NCBI RefSeq assembly: GCF_009914755.1
Contig: NC_060926.1
Origin: the human T2T-CHM13v2.0 reference genome, Homo sapiens
DNA length: 64,000 nt
Strand: one strand, 5' to 3'
The position numbers were made by a program, and so were the translations under genes. Positions 1 through 12,979 of this stretch are shown here, piece after piece; positions within the stretch are counted from its first letter, which is position 1; each line of letters opens with the position of its first letter. The notes beneath the pieces were generated by a model. It saw nothing but the letters and a program-made list of their open reading frames with translations, was not told the DNA's origin and searched no databases.

Positions 1-29
1 AATTTTCAATGAAAATGCATTGCCTAGAG

Positions 30-290
30 TAAAGATGGAGCATTAAGAGAAGATGGAGGCAGAAGTAAGGATCTATGAGTAAATCAATGGCCATGAAAAC
101 TGGAGGCACTAAAAGAAGCTGGAACAAAACAGGTTGAGGTCAAGATCAGAGGTAGGGAATGCACTGGTGAAATATACAAGCTACGTAGGGTTAGATGGTT
201 CAAAGGAAGGCCTTTTCATGCAGGGTTGTACCTAATTGTAGACTTAAAATTGAGGCTTATGGAATCACAGTAGTGGTTGACCCTAAATGA
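30..290 (-). mobile_element. Probable decayed L2 fragment
   Basis: Purine-rich, degenerate sequence resembling antisense L2; weak recognition by eye. Confidence 0.35.
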
Positions 291-1240
291 TTATGTTATT
301 ATTCTTATCCCCTCATATGAATTTTTTAAATGACTTTCTGCTAAAGACGCATTTCTATTTCAAAATTTAGTATCATTATCTAACTCTGACTCTCTTCCTA
401 ATTCTTGTCCTTCTAAATCATTTTTGAGAGCTAATTAGGTTGAGTGCCATTTTCAACTGCTACTTTGGAAGATAAGGTACATGCCTGCATATTGTGCGCT
501 TACTGCTGTGCACATCTGTGCTCAATATCAATCTGCAGGGATTCTGAAAATTAACATCCCTTTAAAGGCAAACAGGATTACAGGGAAAGCTATGTATTAT
601 TACTTGGTGTTTGGTTTTACGGATACAGCCTGGATTTCAATTGAAAATAGTAAGAAAATTAGAAAATATTTTCTCTTTTCTAAAAATGCTCCCCTCCTCC
701 ACACACACATAGAAAAATATAATTAGAAAAAATCATATCTTAAAAAGCAAATAAGTACTTTAAAAATATATTCATAGCTTTGAAAGATGCACTATGTCAA
801 TATAAAATTAAATCCATTTTTATTGTCAAGAAAATGGGCTAATAGAATTTTCTACCAATTTTATGATAATTGGCATATGGATAAAACAGAAAAAAACAAA
901 GTCTTGATTAGAATTACTGTATCTGGAGGTTTTAAGTTAGGGGAAAAAAAGTCAACTTTTTTTTTTCCTCTCTCTCTAACAGTTTATCACAAGCACAGTT
1001 TCCCCCCACTACTTTCAATTTTATATTCTAGGTTTTAGACCTCTGAAATCTGAGAAGATCTGTGCCTAGGGGAAAGAGACTGCCTTGAAGAAACATGTGT
1101 TTGTGACTGAGTCTTATCAGAGTATAAATAACACAACTGTTTCCAAGAAGAAAAGATCAGATAACATATAGTCAATTGTAGCCTGCAGGGTTGAAAGAAT
1201 TGACAGGTTTTATTACTTGCTCAAATGAATCTTTAATACT

Positions 1241-1545
1241 TTTTGTTTTGTTTTGTTTTGTTTTTGAGACGGAGTCTCTCTATGTCGCCCAGGCTGGAGA
1301 GCAGTGGTGCAATCTTGGCTCACTGCAAGCTCCACCTCCCAGGTCACGCCATTCTCCTGCCTCAGCCTCCCGAGTAGCTGGGACTACAGGCGCCCACCAC
1401 CACGCCTGGCTAATTTTTTGTATATTTAGAAGAGATGGGGTTTCACAGTGTTACCCAGGATGGTCTCGATCTCCTGACCTCGTGATCCACCTGCCTTGGC
1501 CTCCCAAAGTGCTGGGATTACAGGAGTGATCCACCGCACCCGGCC
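1241..1545 (-). mobile_element. Alu, full length, AluY-like
   Basis: Antisense Alu (TTTTG tail...GAGACGGAGTCT...CCCGGCC) with AluY-type CACTGCAAGCTCC, CACGCCATTCTCC and CAGGATGGTCTCGATCTCC; TSD AATACTTT at 1235-1242 and 1546-1553. Confidence 0.97.
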
Positions 1546-1895
1546 AATACTTTGAAGATAGTAAGAAAAGGAGCAAGATCGGTAGTTAAAAACACCAGAG
1601 AATGTTGCTAGAATGAGCTCCACAAGTGTATGTTGAATTCTCTGGTGTTATAGTTGGGACGACAGAGTAGACAGAGGGAGTGATTAAAGAACAGAAACTT
1701 AACACACCGGAGCACCCTTGTTTGTCCCGTGCTTTACAGTCTTCATTTAACTTATCACACACATAGCAAGTACAGTATAGACAGAAACCAAAACAATATG
1801 CTATAAGATTGAGTAAAAAGGAAAGTGATTTAAAAGAATAAGGAAGCCAAAAAGGAAGCAGTTTGTGGTCGCCTGAGAGATTTGTGACCATAAAG

Positions 1896-2190
1896 CAGGG
1901 GCTGGTTAATATTTTCTGCAAATATCCAGATCGTAAATATCTTAGATTGAGCAACTATTCAATTCTGCTTTGCTGGTAGGAAAGTTGCCTAGATAATATA
2001 TCAACAAATGGGTTTTGTTCCAATAACACTTTATTTAGGAAAACTGAAATTTGAATTTTATATTATTTTCATATATTACAAAATGTTTTTCAAGCACTAA
2101 AACATATGAAATCCATTCTGTACTCCTGGATTACACAAAGGCAGGCACTGGGCTGGATTTGTCCAGTGGGCTACCATTTGCTGATCCCTG
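1896..2190. mobile_element. MER58-type hAT-Charlie MITE (MER58B-like)
   Basis: Ends CAGGGG... and ...GCTGATCCCTG resemble the MER58 TIRs; internal GTTCCAATAACACTTTATTT and GGCTGGATTTG motifs. Confidence 0.8.
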
Positions 2191-2866
2191 CATTAGGGCC
2201 TGTGCTTATACCTTGACTTCAGGTATCTGCAAGGATAAAGAGGAGGAACCCTATAACACCCTCAAGTTCTCTCTGACCACTGTGATTTTTAAAACACACT
2301 TTCTTTGAATGGCTATCTTTTTCCTTTAAGAGATAACCTCCACATTTAGAAACATAGACACTAGAAGGTCTGGCAAATGAAAGAGAATTGTGGATTATTT
2401 TTCCATTGAATGATTTAAAAATAAATAAAACAACTTTGATTGACATCTGGTAGATTAAAAAGGCAAGATTTATTTCCTACAAAATAAAGAAACTGACACA
2501 TATGTCAGACACACGTGGCATTTCTGATGTGGAAAGAAGGAAAGACATCAATAAGACCAATTAATTTACTTTCTTTAGCTTTGTGGCAAGTCACCTAACT
2601 CGTCAATCTGTGTGCAGGCAAATATGTATTACATTGTTCTGTGCTAGGATGGTATTAAACATTGCCACTTTTTAATTTACTCTTTATTATACTGACAGGT
2701 AAACAAAGCAACACGAAGGCTAAATAAAAGTCATTTCCCCAAGGTAAGTTTACAATGTTGGTTCATTTACAGTTTAGTGGTCTTGAAAGTGAAGAGTTTA
2801 TTTTGTATTGTTCAACTAGCTTGCTTTGCTGTGGATACACTTGCTCAATATTAGTTATAAATGTAA

Positions 2867-3261
<395 letters not shown>

Positions 3262-3649
3262 TAAAGCTCAGCGGTACATTGCTTTAACAACATTAAATTG
3301 CAAGGTCTATGTCTCATAAGAGAGCAGGTTAGGACTAGTCTCCACAGGTCCAGTGGCAATATCCTTAGTATCATAAACAATACACTCAGATCATTAAGAC
3401 ATACTGGAAACAACATTTTGGTTGCCACTATTTCCACTGATGTGTACCAGAGACATATGAAGACACTTTTACACAAGTTGCATAATAAAACCAAAGCAAT
3501 GAATAAACTTTGAACATTTGTGACTAAATGATACCTACATTGTATTTAATTATATTATGCATATATACTGCATTTGACTCTCACTCCAAATATGTTAGAA
3601 ACTTTTCATATTAAAATATAAAGCTCTATTTTCATTCAATAGATGATCC

Positions 3650-4030
3650 TTAGTTAATTCAATGAGTCCCATTCATTGATGAATTGTTTGCCTTCATTTT
3701 GTGTTAATTTTTTTGTCATTTTTTTCTTCTCATGAGTTTTGTTACCTGATATGATAACCTTTCCCAGTGAAATATTTTAATTTTATCTAGCTATACATTC
3801 TTCTAGATCTTTTTTGGTTATAGGCATTTTTAGTTTTCAATCTGTGATTTTTCTGTAATTAATTTTTGTAAGAACTAAATTAAATATTATCTTTTTTGAA
3901 TTATCTTAATGTCTCACATCACTTATTGAGTAGCCTTTCTATCCTCGCTAGTTTAATATTACTGCAATTTTTACAAATTGAATAGCCATGTGCATTTGTA
4001 TCTATTTCTACCTCTAGATTCTACTGAACT
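3650..4030 (-). mobile_element. Old L1 (L1M-type) fragment
   Basis: T-rich degenerate sequence resembling antisense L1 ORF2 3' region. Confidence 0.45.
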
Positions 4031-4109
4031 GTCCAGATATGAAATAACTACAATAAACAGGCTATTACAATATTAATAAACTATCTTAATTGTCTTGTTA
4101 CTATTTTTT

Positions 4110-4610
4110 CTGTTACAGCAAAATAAGGGTAGGGACCTTCAGATGGACAGATTAGCCTGGATTAAGCAGGTAAGCCCAATAAATCACATGAGTCATTGAC
4201 TATGGTGAACTTTTTTTCTGGCTGGGAGCAAGAGACGCAAAGATGGAAAGGTTAGAGAGATGCTATGTGAGAAGACTCAATATTCTGTCTCTGGCTTTCC
4301 AGATGGAGAAGCCGAGGATCAAGGATCGGGCCAGGAGCCAAGGAATACTGCCACCTCTAGAAGTTGGGAACGGCCCTCAGCTTACAGCCACTAAGAAAAG
4401 GGGGATTTTGGCCCTCTAGCTGCAAGGAATCTAATTCCACTTGAATTAACAAGGAACATCCAGGCAGGAATGTAGCCCTGACAACACCCTAATTTAGGCC
4501 AGTCAGGCCCGGACAGACTTCTGACCCACGGAATTCTAAAATAATTTGTGTTTCTTAAACCATCAAATTTGTTGTAATTTGTTATGGTAGCAACAGGAAT
4601 CAAATATACC
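4110..4610 (+). mobile_element. MaLR LTR, MLT1E/F-like
   Basis: AGATTAGCCTGGATT, GAGCCAAGGAAT...CCTCTAGAAG, CGGCCCTCAG...CAGCCA, and 3' AATTTGTTATGGTAGCAACAGGAATCAAATA. Confidence 0.85.
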
Positions 4611-4669
4611 TCTCTACTTTTACAAGATATTGTTGTCTGCAGCCTGTTTGAAGTCGGTGACTAAACACA

Positions 4670-4810
4670 GCTGGTTACTATGGCAGGCCCATTCTGAAGA
4701 GTTGCAGGACACCCTCGGGAGTACTTTGGTTTGAAGCCTCCTCATCACCTCGGCTGCCGTTTCTGGGATCTGGGTTGCAGTCTGAGGCTCATTTTTCCAA
4801 TTCCCAATAC
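4670..4810 (+). mobile_element. LTR16-like (ERVL) fragment
   Basis: TGCAGTCTGAGGCTC and the preceding sequence resemble the LTR16A core. Confidence 0.45.
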
Positions 4811-5287
4811 ATCCTACTGATGATATTCTTGAGAGTCAGGCTTTATCAAGAGAGAAAAAGGACTTTAAAATTTTCAAACTCCTTTTTAAATATCAGAGAT
4901 TTTTTTGGCCTACTTTGATTACAGGTCCTTACTTATAAGTCTCTCCTTCCTAGGGAGAAAATAGAAAGCTTTAAGAGACAGATTACACTTTACCTGACAT
5001 TCATTTTTGCATGCCTTGTTAAACATGAAAGAATGTGTTAAGGCCATTTTTTATTGTTTAATTTGTTGTTTTGACTTTGGGTGTGTGTGTTTGTGTCAAT
5101 TATTTTTTAATCTACTAGAACATTCATTATCCTTTTTATTTTGGAAAACAAGGGTGAGAAAGGTTACGTGATCTGGAGGTAAAAATACACCATTATGTAA
5201 AGTTGAAGTGTCATCCCCTGAATCCACATTGCACATCTATAAAGTAGAAGAACTTGTCTTACTCCAGTGTTTAGTATTCGTTAGGTT

Positions 5288-5440
5288 AATGTTTTTCAAA
5301 CAAGCTTGATAGTAAGAAGCATTTGAGACTTTTGTTTAAAATACATCCCCCTCTACCACTGAAAGTTTAATTTGGTAAGTTTGTTTGGACATACAGATTC
5401 TGTATTTCTAAGAAATATTTAGATGGTTTTTATCAGACTT
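5288..5440. mobile_element. MER5-type hAT MITE, degenerate
   Basis: GTTTTTCAAA start, TTTGTTTAAAATACA and TCTGTATTTCTAA blocks as in MER5A. Confidence 0.5.
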
Positions 5441-5789
5441 GGAGGTCCTCTTATTGAAAATAAAAAAGTAGACATGCTCACGATGAAGTTTACCTTTTCT
5501 TTCTATTCATCTATTTTAAAAAATATTTATGAAAAATGCTTGCCTGCTGCTTAGCTTGATTTAAGAGATAAACTGATCAGACAGAATGTCAAGCCAGCCA
5601 GCATCTCCTGGTCTACACCAAAGCCTTTCCTACTTCTTTCAAACAGTGAAGGCACCAGGACAGAGTGTAGGGTAATTCTCCTTTCTACCCTGGCTATATA
5701 GTATCTAGTTTATTCCTACTAGCCTGCCAGAGAAAAATGTATAAATTCATTCTATTTTCTCACATTTTCCAGCAGGCTGCTGTACATCA

Positions 5790-6100
5790 TGCATCATTCA
5801 TTCTTTCATTTCTTTAAAATATTATTATTGGATACTTATTCTGTGACAGATACAGGAATTATAAAGGTGAGATGAATACTTTTTCTTCTTTCTTGTATAG
5901 AAGAGACAGACACAAAGGCAATGAATGAAATCATATGATTAATGCTTTCAAAAAGTAAGTATATTTCCAGCTCTGTGAACTCTAGAGGTACAAGCAACTA
6001 ACTCTTTCTGGTTAAGTCAGGGATAGCTTCAGGAGCACAGGAAACTGAGCTGTATTTTCTGTTTTCTAGGCAGTGAAGAGAAATGTAGAGGGCTAGAGAA
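5790..6100 (-). mobile_element. L2 3' fragment
   Basis: CATTCATTC...TATTATTG..TACTTATTCTGTGACAGA is the antisense L2 3' terminus. Confidence 0.65.
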
Positions 6101-7719
6101 AATACTCTGCAAAGAACACCGTACATTTCCGTCCTCTGGCCATCATTAGCTTCCTTACCATACATCTTACTGCATTTAGTGTTATTTGCCTCAGTGACCA
6201 CTTAGGGAACTTGTAGGATTGACCTAAGTAATATTTGTAATTTGAAGAGAAAGTAAATGTTGTAAGTGGACAGAGTTCCCGAACTCCTTGCTCTGGGCTG
6301 AAAATTGGGCTTGGCGTAAAGTTCATGATATATGGAATAGAAAATGCTTTATAAATACCACATCTGGAACATTCCAGATGAATTGTTATATAAAATGAAG
6401 ATTTATTGAAGACTCCCTGATCCATATGAAAGTGTTCATGCATTTAAAAAACATTGATTGCATTTATAAATGCATTGCTTGTGGGATAAATGAGTGAAAT
6501 AAATGGAAGAGAAACATATTATGAAGCAGCTTGTTAAAAATCGTGATATTTAGTCACAGCAGCCATGACCCTTGTTCTCAACAAAATCATTTCATAGAGC
6601 CTTGAAAAAGAGATTTCAAACTGATTCCCCGACATAGACCATGAAAAGAGAAACTCTTTCTGTTTTATGATTAATGTGATGTATTTGGTCATGCCATACA
6701 TTTTCAACAATGTAGGATTCTCCAAAAATTATTCAAAGAAGTAAATAACTTTTCTTATTTTCTTCATATTTTAAAAATCTCCTGGAAAAACAAAGAAAAA
6801 CTAATAAAGACAGGTTGATTAGCTAGTTAAATCCAAATGCTCAAGGATAAGGTTAGTTCATTTTTGGGAAATGGCATTTTCTTGCAATTCTCCTGCATTG
6901 ATATTTAATTTGTAGTTTTTTTCTTTGTCAAGATGTAACATAAAATCCTATTTCAGAAAGGCCTTCTTTAATAGGGCAGGATTTTTATTTCTTTTTTGTA
7001 AGTTTTTATTTTTGTTGTTTTTCTGACATCAAATGTTTGCTGTTTTCTTTAAAGACAGAGCCAGCATATATTTCAAGTTAAACACATATTTAAAAATGAA
7101 GTAAGTTGTACATAATATTACTAAATGATGAAAATAATAATGTGCCTCAACAATGCAAATGAATTGCAATTTAATCAGATGAAGAGTGGAAAAATACAGC
7201 ATTATGGAGAATCTTCCATACAGGAGAAGAGAAAAAACTGGACTAGAATCACAGGATCTGTATCTTCACCTGTTAATGTTAGGGAAGCCATTTCCCCTCT
7301 CGCCCCTCTGTGACTCTCACCTTATGCAGCTGCTACTTTGTTTTTCAAACTGTATTTATTGAAAGCAGGGGCTTCTGTTGAGGATGCTGGGATTTCCTCA
7401 AGTTCTCCCACAAGCAGAGAAGAGAAGAGGCAGAAATCCACAAGGGTGTCTCACTCCCACTTATCGTTTTATATCTATTTAACTTCTGCATAGAATTGTA
7501 TTTGAAATAATAGTTCTGTGCTTTAAGAGGTATGAAAATCAAAGAGTTAGGCATTGAAGGAGTTTGGGTTGATTATTCCCAAATTACTTACAAATTAATA
7601 CTTTCATTGATTTCCCATTGGATTCTCTCTTACCTGTTAATTACGTGAAAATACCTCAGGATTTAGAAAGTCCAAGTTCAAATTCTGGTTAATAATAAAA
7701 GAATTGAATTAAATCAATG

Positions 7720-10700
7720 GAAATGAGAAAAAAAGAACCTCCAAAAATTCCTTCCTCCTTAAAAAAGCAATGAGAACATTGGCAAACATTGTAAAAAAAA
7801 AAAATCCACTCTTTTCAGAACTCTGTAAATTAACCAAATGCTTGAAAAAAATCTAAGGAACATCTATTCAAGAAAAATGGAAGACTCTCAGACAGAACAG
7901 GAAGTTTTACGGCATTTTACATGCCCTTTTCTCATCACCCTCTCCCCAGCTACATGGTAGCCTTGAAAATGAACATTGCCACAATCACACTGAAAGTCAG
8001 CAACCTAGCATGCGCTAGAGGAGGAGGCAGATTGGTTTGGAGTTTCCCCAGAAGCAAAATACTTGAATAATTGTCATCATTTGACAATTTGTAACTGTAA
8101 ATGTCTACATTAAAAAAGAAAAATGACCTCAAATAAATAACAAATCTCTGACTTAAGAAACTAGAAAAATAAGAGCAAAGTAAACCCAAAGCAAGGAAAT
8201 GAAGAAAAAACAAAGATTAGGGTGAAATAAATGAGATGAAGTTCAAAAATCCAATAGAAAAATCAACAAATCCAAAAGTTGGTTATTTGAAGAGATCAAC
8301 AAAATTGACAAACCTTTAGCTAGACCGCTGAAGAAAAAAAGAAAGAAGACTTGTTTTACTAAAATCTGGAATTAAAGAGAAGGCATTGCTACTGACATTG
8401 CAGACATAAGAAAAGATTATAAGGAAATGTTAAGAACTATTGTATGTCAAGAAATTAGACAATGTAGATGACATGGATAAATTTCAAGAAGGACACAAAC
8501 TACTGAAACTGACTCAAGAAAAATCAGAATAGACTTTAACAACTAAAAGGACTGGATTAGTAATCCAGGAACTTTCCACACACATACACACACACAAATA
8601 CAGGCTTAGATGATGTAGTTAATTCTACCAAACATTTAAAGAAGAGTTAGCACCGATCCTTCACAAACCCTTCTAAAGAGTTGAGGAGAAGGAAGCATTT
8701 TCCAGCTGATTTTATGAGGCCACTATTCCCTGACACTGAAACTAAAAGACATGAAAGAAAACTAGGGACCAATACCTCTTATGAATATCAACACAAAAAT
8801 CTTCAACAAAATACTAACAAAGTGAGTCTGGCAACATGTAAACTATAAAAATCAATTAAGGTAATATCCATATAATACAATAAAGACAAAGTCCATGTGA
8901 TTATTTCAAGTGATGCAGAAAAGGCATTTGATGAAATACAATATCTTTTCATGTAAAACAACAATGCTCAGTGCTATGAACTGATTATGGCCTTCCAATA
9001 TTCATATATTGAAGCCCTAACTTCCAATCTGATTACATTTTGAGATACGGTTTTTAGGAGGTAGTTAAGGTTAAATAAGATCATACCGATGGGTTCTTAA
9101 TTTGATATGATAAGTGGCCTTATTAAAAGGTAGGTCTCTCTCTTTCTCTCTCCCCACCCACGTTTCCCCACACCACATGCATGCACTGAGAAAGGGTCAT
9201 GTGACTCACAGCCAAAAGACAGCCATCTGCAAGCCAGAAAGAGAGCTCTCACCAAAACCTGACTGTGCTAGCACCCTGAATTCAGACTTCCAGCCTTCAG
9301 TACTGCGAGAAAATAAATTCGTGTTATTCCACATAGCCTATCGTATTTCATTATGGCAGCCCTAGGTGACAAATGCACCTGACAAGAATAGAAGGAAACT
9401 TCCCCAACCTGATAAAGGGATCTACAAAAAACCCACAGCTAACATCACCGTTAATGATGGAACACTGAATGTTTTCTCTGTAAGATCAGTAACAATATAA
9501 GTATTTCTGTTCTTGACACCTCTATTCAACATTCTACTGGGTGTTGTAGCCTCAAAAAAAGAAAGGCATAAATAAATAAATAAATAAATGGTGTCCATAT
9601 TGGAAAGTAAAATTATCTCTATTTTAAAATGACATGACCTTGTATGTAGAATATTCTAAGGGATACCACAAACACACACATTGTTAGAGCAAATATATTA
9701 GTTTAACAAAGATGTAGGACACAGGATCTACATAAACAAATTAAAGTGTATTTCTCCCAACTATCAATTCATAACCCAGAAATGAATTTAGGTAAATAAT
9801 TCCATTTACAATATCACTAAAATAGTAAAATATTTAGGAATAAATTTAACAAAAATGTGCAAAACATTGTCAAAAAATTATAGAAGATCTAAATAAATAA
9901 AATGACATGTTATGTACATGGGTTGGAAAATTTCATATTGTTAAAATAAGCATAGTCACAAATTGATCTACTGATTCAATGCAATTCTTATCAAAATTCT
10001 GACTGCATTTTTTTTCAGAAATTGACAAGCTGATTCTAAAATTTACATGAAAACACAACGGACCCAAAATAACCTAAAGATCTTGAAAAAATCCCCAAAA
10101 CATGGAACACTAACACTTCCTAATTTCAAAACTTACTTCAAAACTGTTGTAATTAGGTCAATAAGGTACTGGAATGTGGACAGAGACATGGAAATATGAA
10201 ATAGAATTGAGAGTCTAGAAATAAATTTTTATATTTTGATAAATTGTTTATTAACAAGGGTTTCAAGATGCTTTGATAAAGAAACATGTAGGTTTTTGTT
10301 AAAACGTGGTGTTGGGTAAAGTGGATATCTTCTTGAAAAAAGTTACAATTGTACTTCATTCCATATACTAAAATTAATTCAAAATTAATCAAATATCTAA
10401 AAATGAGAATGTAATAATAAAATTCTTAGATGAAGACACAAATATAAAACTCCATGACATTAACTAGGCATTGTCTTTTTAGAAATGACACCAAAACCGC
10501 AGTCAACAGAAGAAAATAAATAGGTAAATTAGAATTCATTGAAAATAAAAATTTTGTGCTCAACAGGCACTACCAACAAAATAAAACTATAATTCAGAAT
10601 GAGAGAAAATATTTATTACAAATGAGTAAAATAAAGACTAATAGCCTAACTAACATTTGGACAAAGTATTTGAATAGACATCTCTTCAAAGAAGGCACGC

Positions 10701-11500
10701 AAAGGTCAATAAACATGAAAATATGCTCAATATCATTAGTTATTAGGGAAATTAAAATTAAAATTACAATGAGATACTACATCATATTCTCTTGGGGGGC
10801 TGTAAAAATTAGACAATAAAAATGTTGGTAAGAAGTTGGAGAAGTTGGTAATCTTACACATTGATGGTAGAAATGGAAAAATGTTGCAGTCACTTTAGGA
10901 AACAGTTCTATAGATTCTCAAAAATCTCATATTGGAATTACCATTTGAATCAGCAATTTCATTTCTAGCAACTTCATGACACATTCAAGAACACTGAAAA
11001 TCAATATACCCACAAAAATTTGTACATTAATATTTTAACATTATTCATAGTAGCCCAAAGTGGAAATACTCCAAGTATTCATTGATTGATAAATGTATAG
11101 ACAAAAGGTAGTATTTCTAAACAGTACAATATATATGGCCTTAAAAAGGGATGAAATACTGATACATACAATAACATGGGTGAACCTTAAAAATATTAAA
11201 AATATTATGTTATGCGAAGGAAGTCAGACATAAAAGGCCACATAATGTATGATTCCATTTACATGAAATATCTAGAATAAGAAAACCCAGAGAGACAGAA
11301 AGTTGATTGATGTTGCCAGGGGCTCACATGAACAGAGACCGGAGAATGAATACTAATGGGTATGTGCTTTATTGTGGAAATATGAAATATTCTTAAATTA
11401 GATATTGGTCAAGGTTATGTAACTTTGTGGATATACTAAAAACCACTAAACTCACCTTTTTAAATGTGAGTTTTATAGTACATGAATTATATGTCAAAAT
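7720..11500 (+). mobile_element. Old L1 (L1M/L1MB-type): 5' piece, decayed ORF2 and 3' UTR, interrupted by an MLT1A
   Basis: ORF2-like blocks (AAAATCAACAAA...GGTTATTTGAAAGA, TGATGCAGAAAAGGCATTTGA, CTATTCAACATT, AATAGACAT); L1MB-type 3' end (ATGTATGATTCCATTTACATGAAATATCTAGAATA); many stops and frameshifts. Confidence 0.9.
8972..9377 (+). mobile_element. MaLR LTR, MLT1A-like, inserted in L1
   Basis: TGCTATG start, TTCATATATTGAAGCCCTAA, GCCATCTGCAAGCCA, GACTTCCAGCCT, GAGAAAATAAATT, TTATGGCAGCCCTAG. Confidence 0.9.
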
Positions 11501-11539
11501 GTCATATAAAGTATTAACAGTATTAATAACAGCTAACAG

Positions 11540-11757
11540 TGTTCTAATTGCTTTATATCTTTTAATTCTTTAAATTATAAAAACCCTATAAAGTAGGTAC
11601 TATTGTTAGCCTGTTTTACAAATAAGAAAATAGAGAATTGGATAGTTTCATTAACTTCTCTAAGGTTACTTAATTTCCTACACCAAGTGGGGAATTAGGA
11701 ATTAAATTTAGGCAATCTGGTTTAAAAGTCTGAGATTTTAACATCTATGCTACACTG
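11540..11757 (-). mobile_element. MIR
   Basis: Antisense MIR core: AACCCTAT..AGTAGGTACTATT..TTTTACAAATAAGAAAA..GGCAATCTGG. Confidence 0.75.
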
Positions 11758-11974
11758 TAAATGATTCTCTTCATTTCTGCACCCATAATGTGAAATTAAT
11801 ATAGTAGAATTGACTAGATGATCTTTACGGTCTTTTCCAGTACTATGATACTAATAGGTGATGACACAGTTAACCAAATATAAAAGTAGATTTGTGGCGG
11901 GAATAAAAAGAGAACTACTTTGAAATAAAGTGGAAAAATGGATATATTGCGATATATTGCCTTTGCTAAGAGAA

Positions 11975-12205
11975 TGGTGTGCTATCATATGAAAGCTCGG
12001 CACTTGAATCCTGGTAGCCAGGATTCAAACAAGTTTCATTCACCTCCTAGCACAGTGAGTGGAGCAAATGGCTTAACTTTAAGACTTTAGTTTCCTCATA
12101 CACAGAACACAAAGAGTTATGCTTCATAATAATACTTCATAGTATGTAAGATTAAATAAAGTAATGTAAAGAAAGACCTCAGCATTTAGTAAGTGCACTG
12201 TAGTT
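11975..12205 (+). mobile_element. MIR
   Basis: Degenerate sense MIR (CTTAACTT..AGTTTCCTCAT, AAGATTAAATAAAGTAATGTA, TAGTAAGTGCACT). Confidence 0.6.
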
Positions 12206-12329
12206 GCTAATACTCTATTCTGCCACATTTGTCAGTAAAATGTTAAGCTCCACATTTTCCTCATTTTCCACCTCTGACTGTTCATCCCTTTTCTTTTTTT
12301 TTTTCCATTTCTTCTTCCTATTTTTTTGA

Positions 12330-12975
12330 CACGTTTAGTTTAGATGGCCCAGAACTCAGCCCTGAGATCTCTTTGTTCGCCTAACTTTTCTTCTTTTACT
12401 TTGACCAGACCAAAATATATTTCTCTATATGAGACAATTCCTCTTACCTCATGCTTGTAGATTCAACAGCATCCTGCACTAAGAAGCCTGACTTCACAGC
12501 TTTCACCATCTCAGTTAATGAGTTAAACTGCTTTGGCCAAAACTCTGGAGTCATTCTAATCTCCAATCTCTCTCAAGCCCTACATTAACTCCATTAATGA
12601 GTCATGTTGGCTTTTGTTTCTGAATAAATCCAGAACATGGCTACCTCTTACCACTGGTACTGCCACCACTCATGTCCCAGCCATCATCTTGTCTCTTTTG
12701 TCTTGTCATAGACATCTTCTAACCTATCTTCCTGCTTTTTCCTTGTCCTTATTCATTCAATGTTTTACCACAATAGGCAAGGTTTTCCTACTGAAGCATA
12801 TGTTACCTGAGCTTTTTTTTTTTTTGATAAAAAAACTATGATGCCCCTCAGTCTTATCAAAAATAACTTCTGAAGGTTTTACAATGCCTATAAAGCCATA
12901 CAAAATCTGGCCCCATTACCTGTGTGATCTCACCTCCTAATACTCTCCCTTTTGTTCACTTTTCTCCAGTCCTCC
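12330..12975 (+). mobile_element. L2 fragment
   Basis: CCATCTCAGTTAATG, GCCAAAACTCTGGAGTCATT, CCAGCCATCATC and ATCTGGCCCC are typical L2a blocks. Confidence 0.75.
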
Positions 12976-12979
12976 ACTC

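Noticed and set aside
2670-2750. Plus-strand ACAG…AAG|GTAAGT exon-like signals
   Set aside because: The sequence resembles a degenerate antisense MIR core, the pyrimidine tract is weak, and there is no supporting plus-strand structure.
4927-4970. Minus-strand 17-nt micro-exon-like unit (TTTTCTCCCTAG|…|GTAAGG)
   Set aside because: The acceptor is good, but the unit is very short and isolated signals like this are common in 64 kb. Revisit only if the minus-strand transcript is confirmed.
7314-7450. Minus-strand donor AAG|GTGAGA with an upstream pyrimidine tract
   Set aside because: No AG acceptor follows the tract directly, and the frames are closed or unrecognisable.
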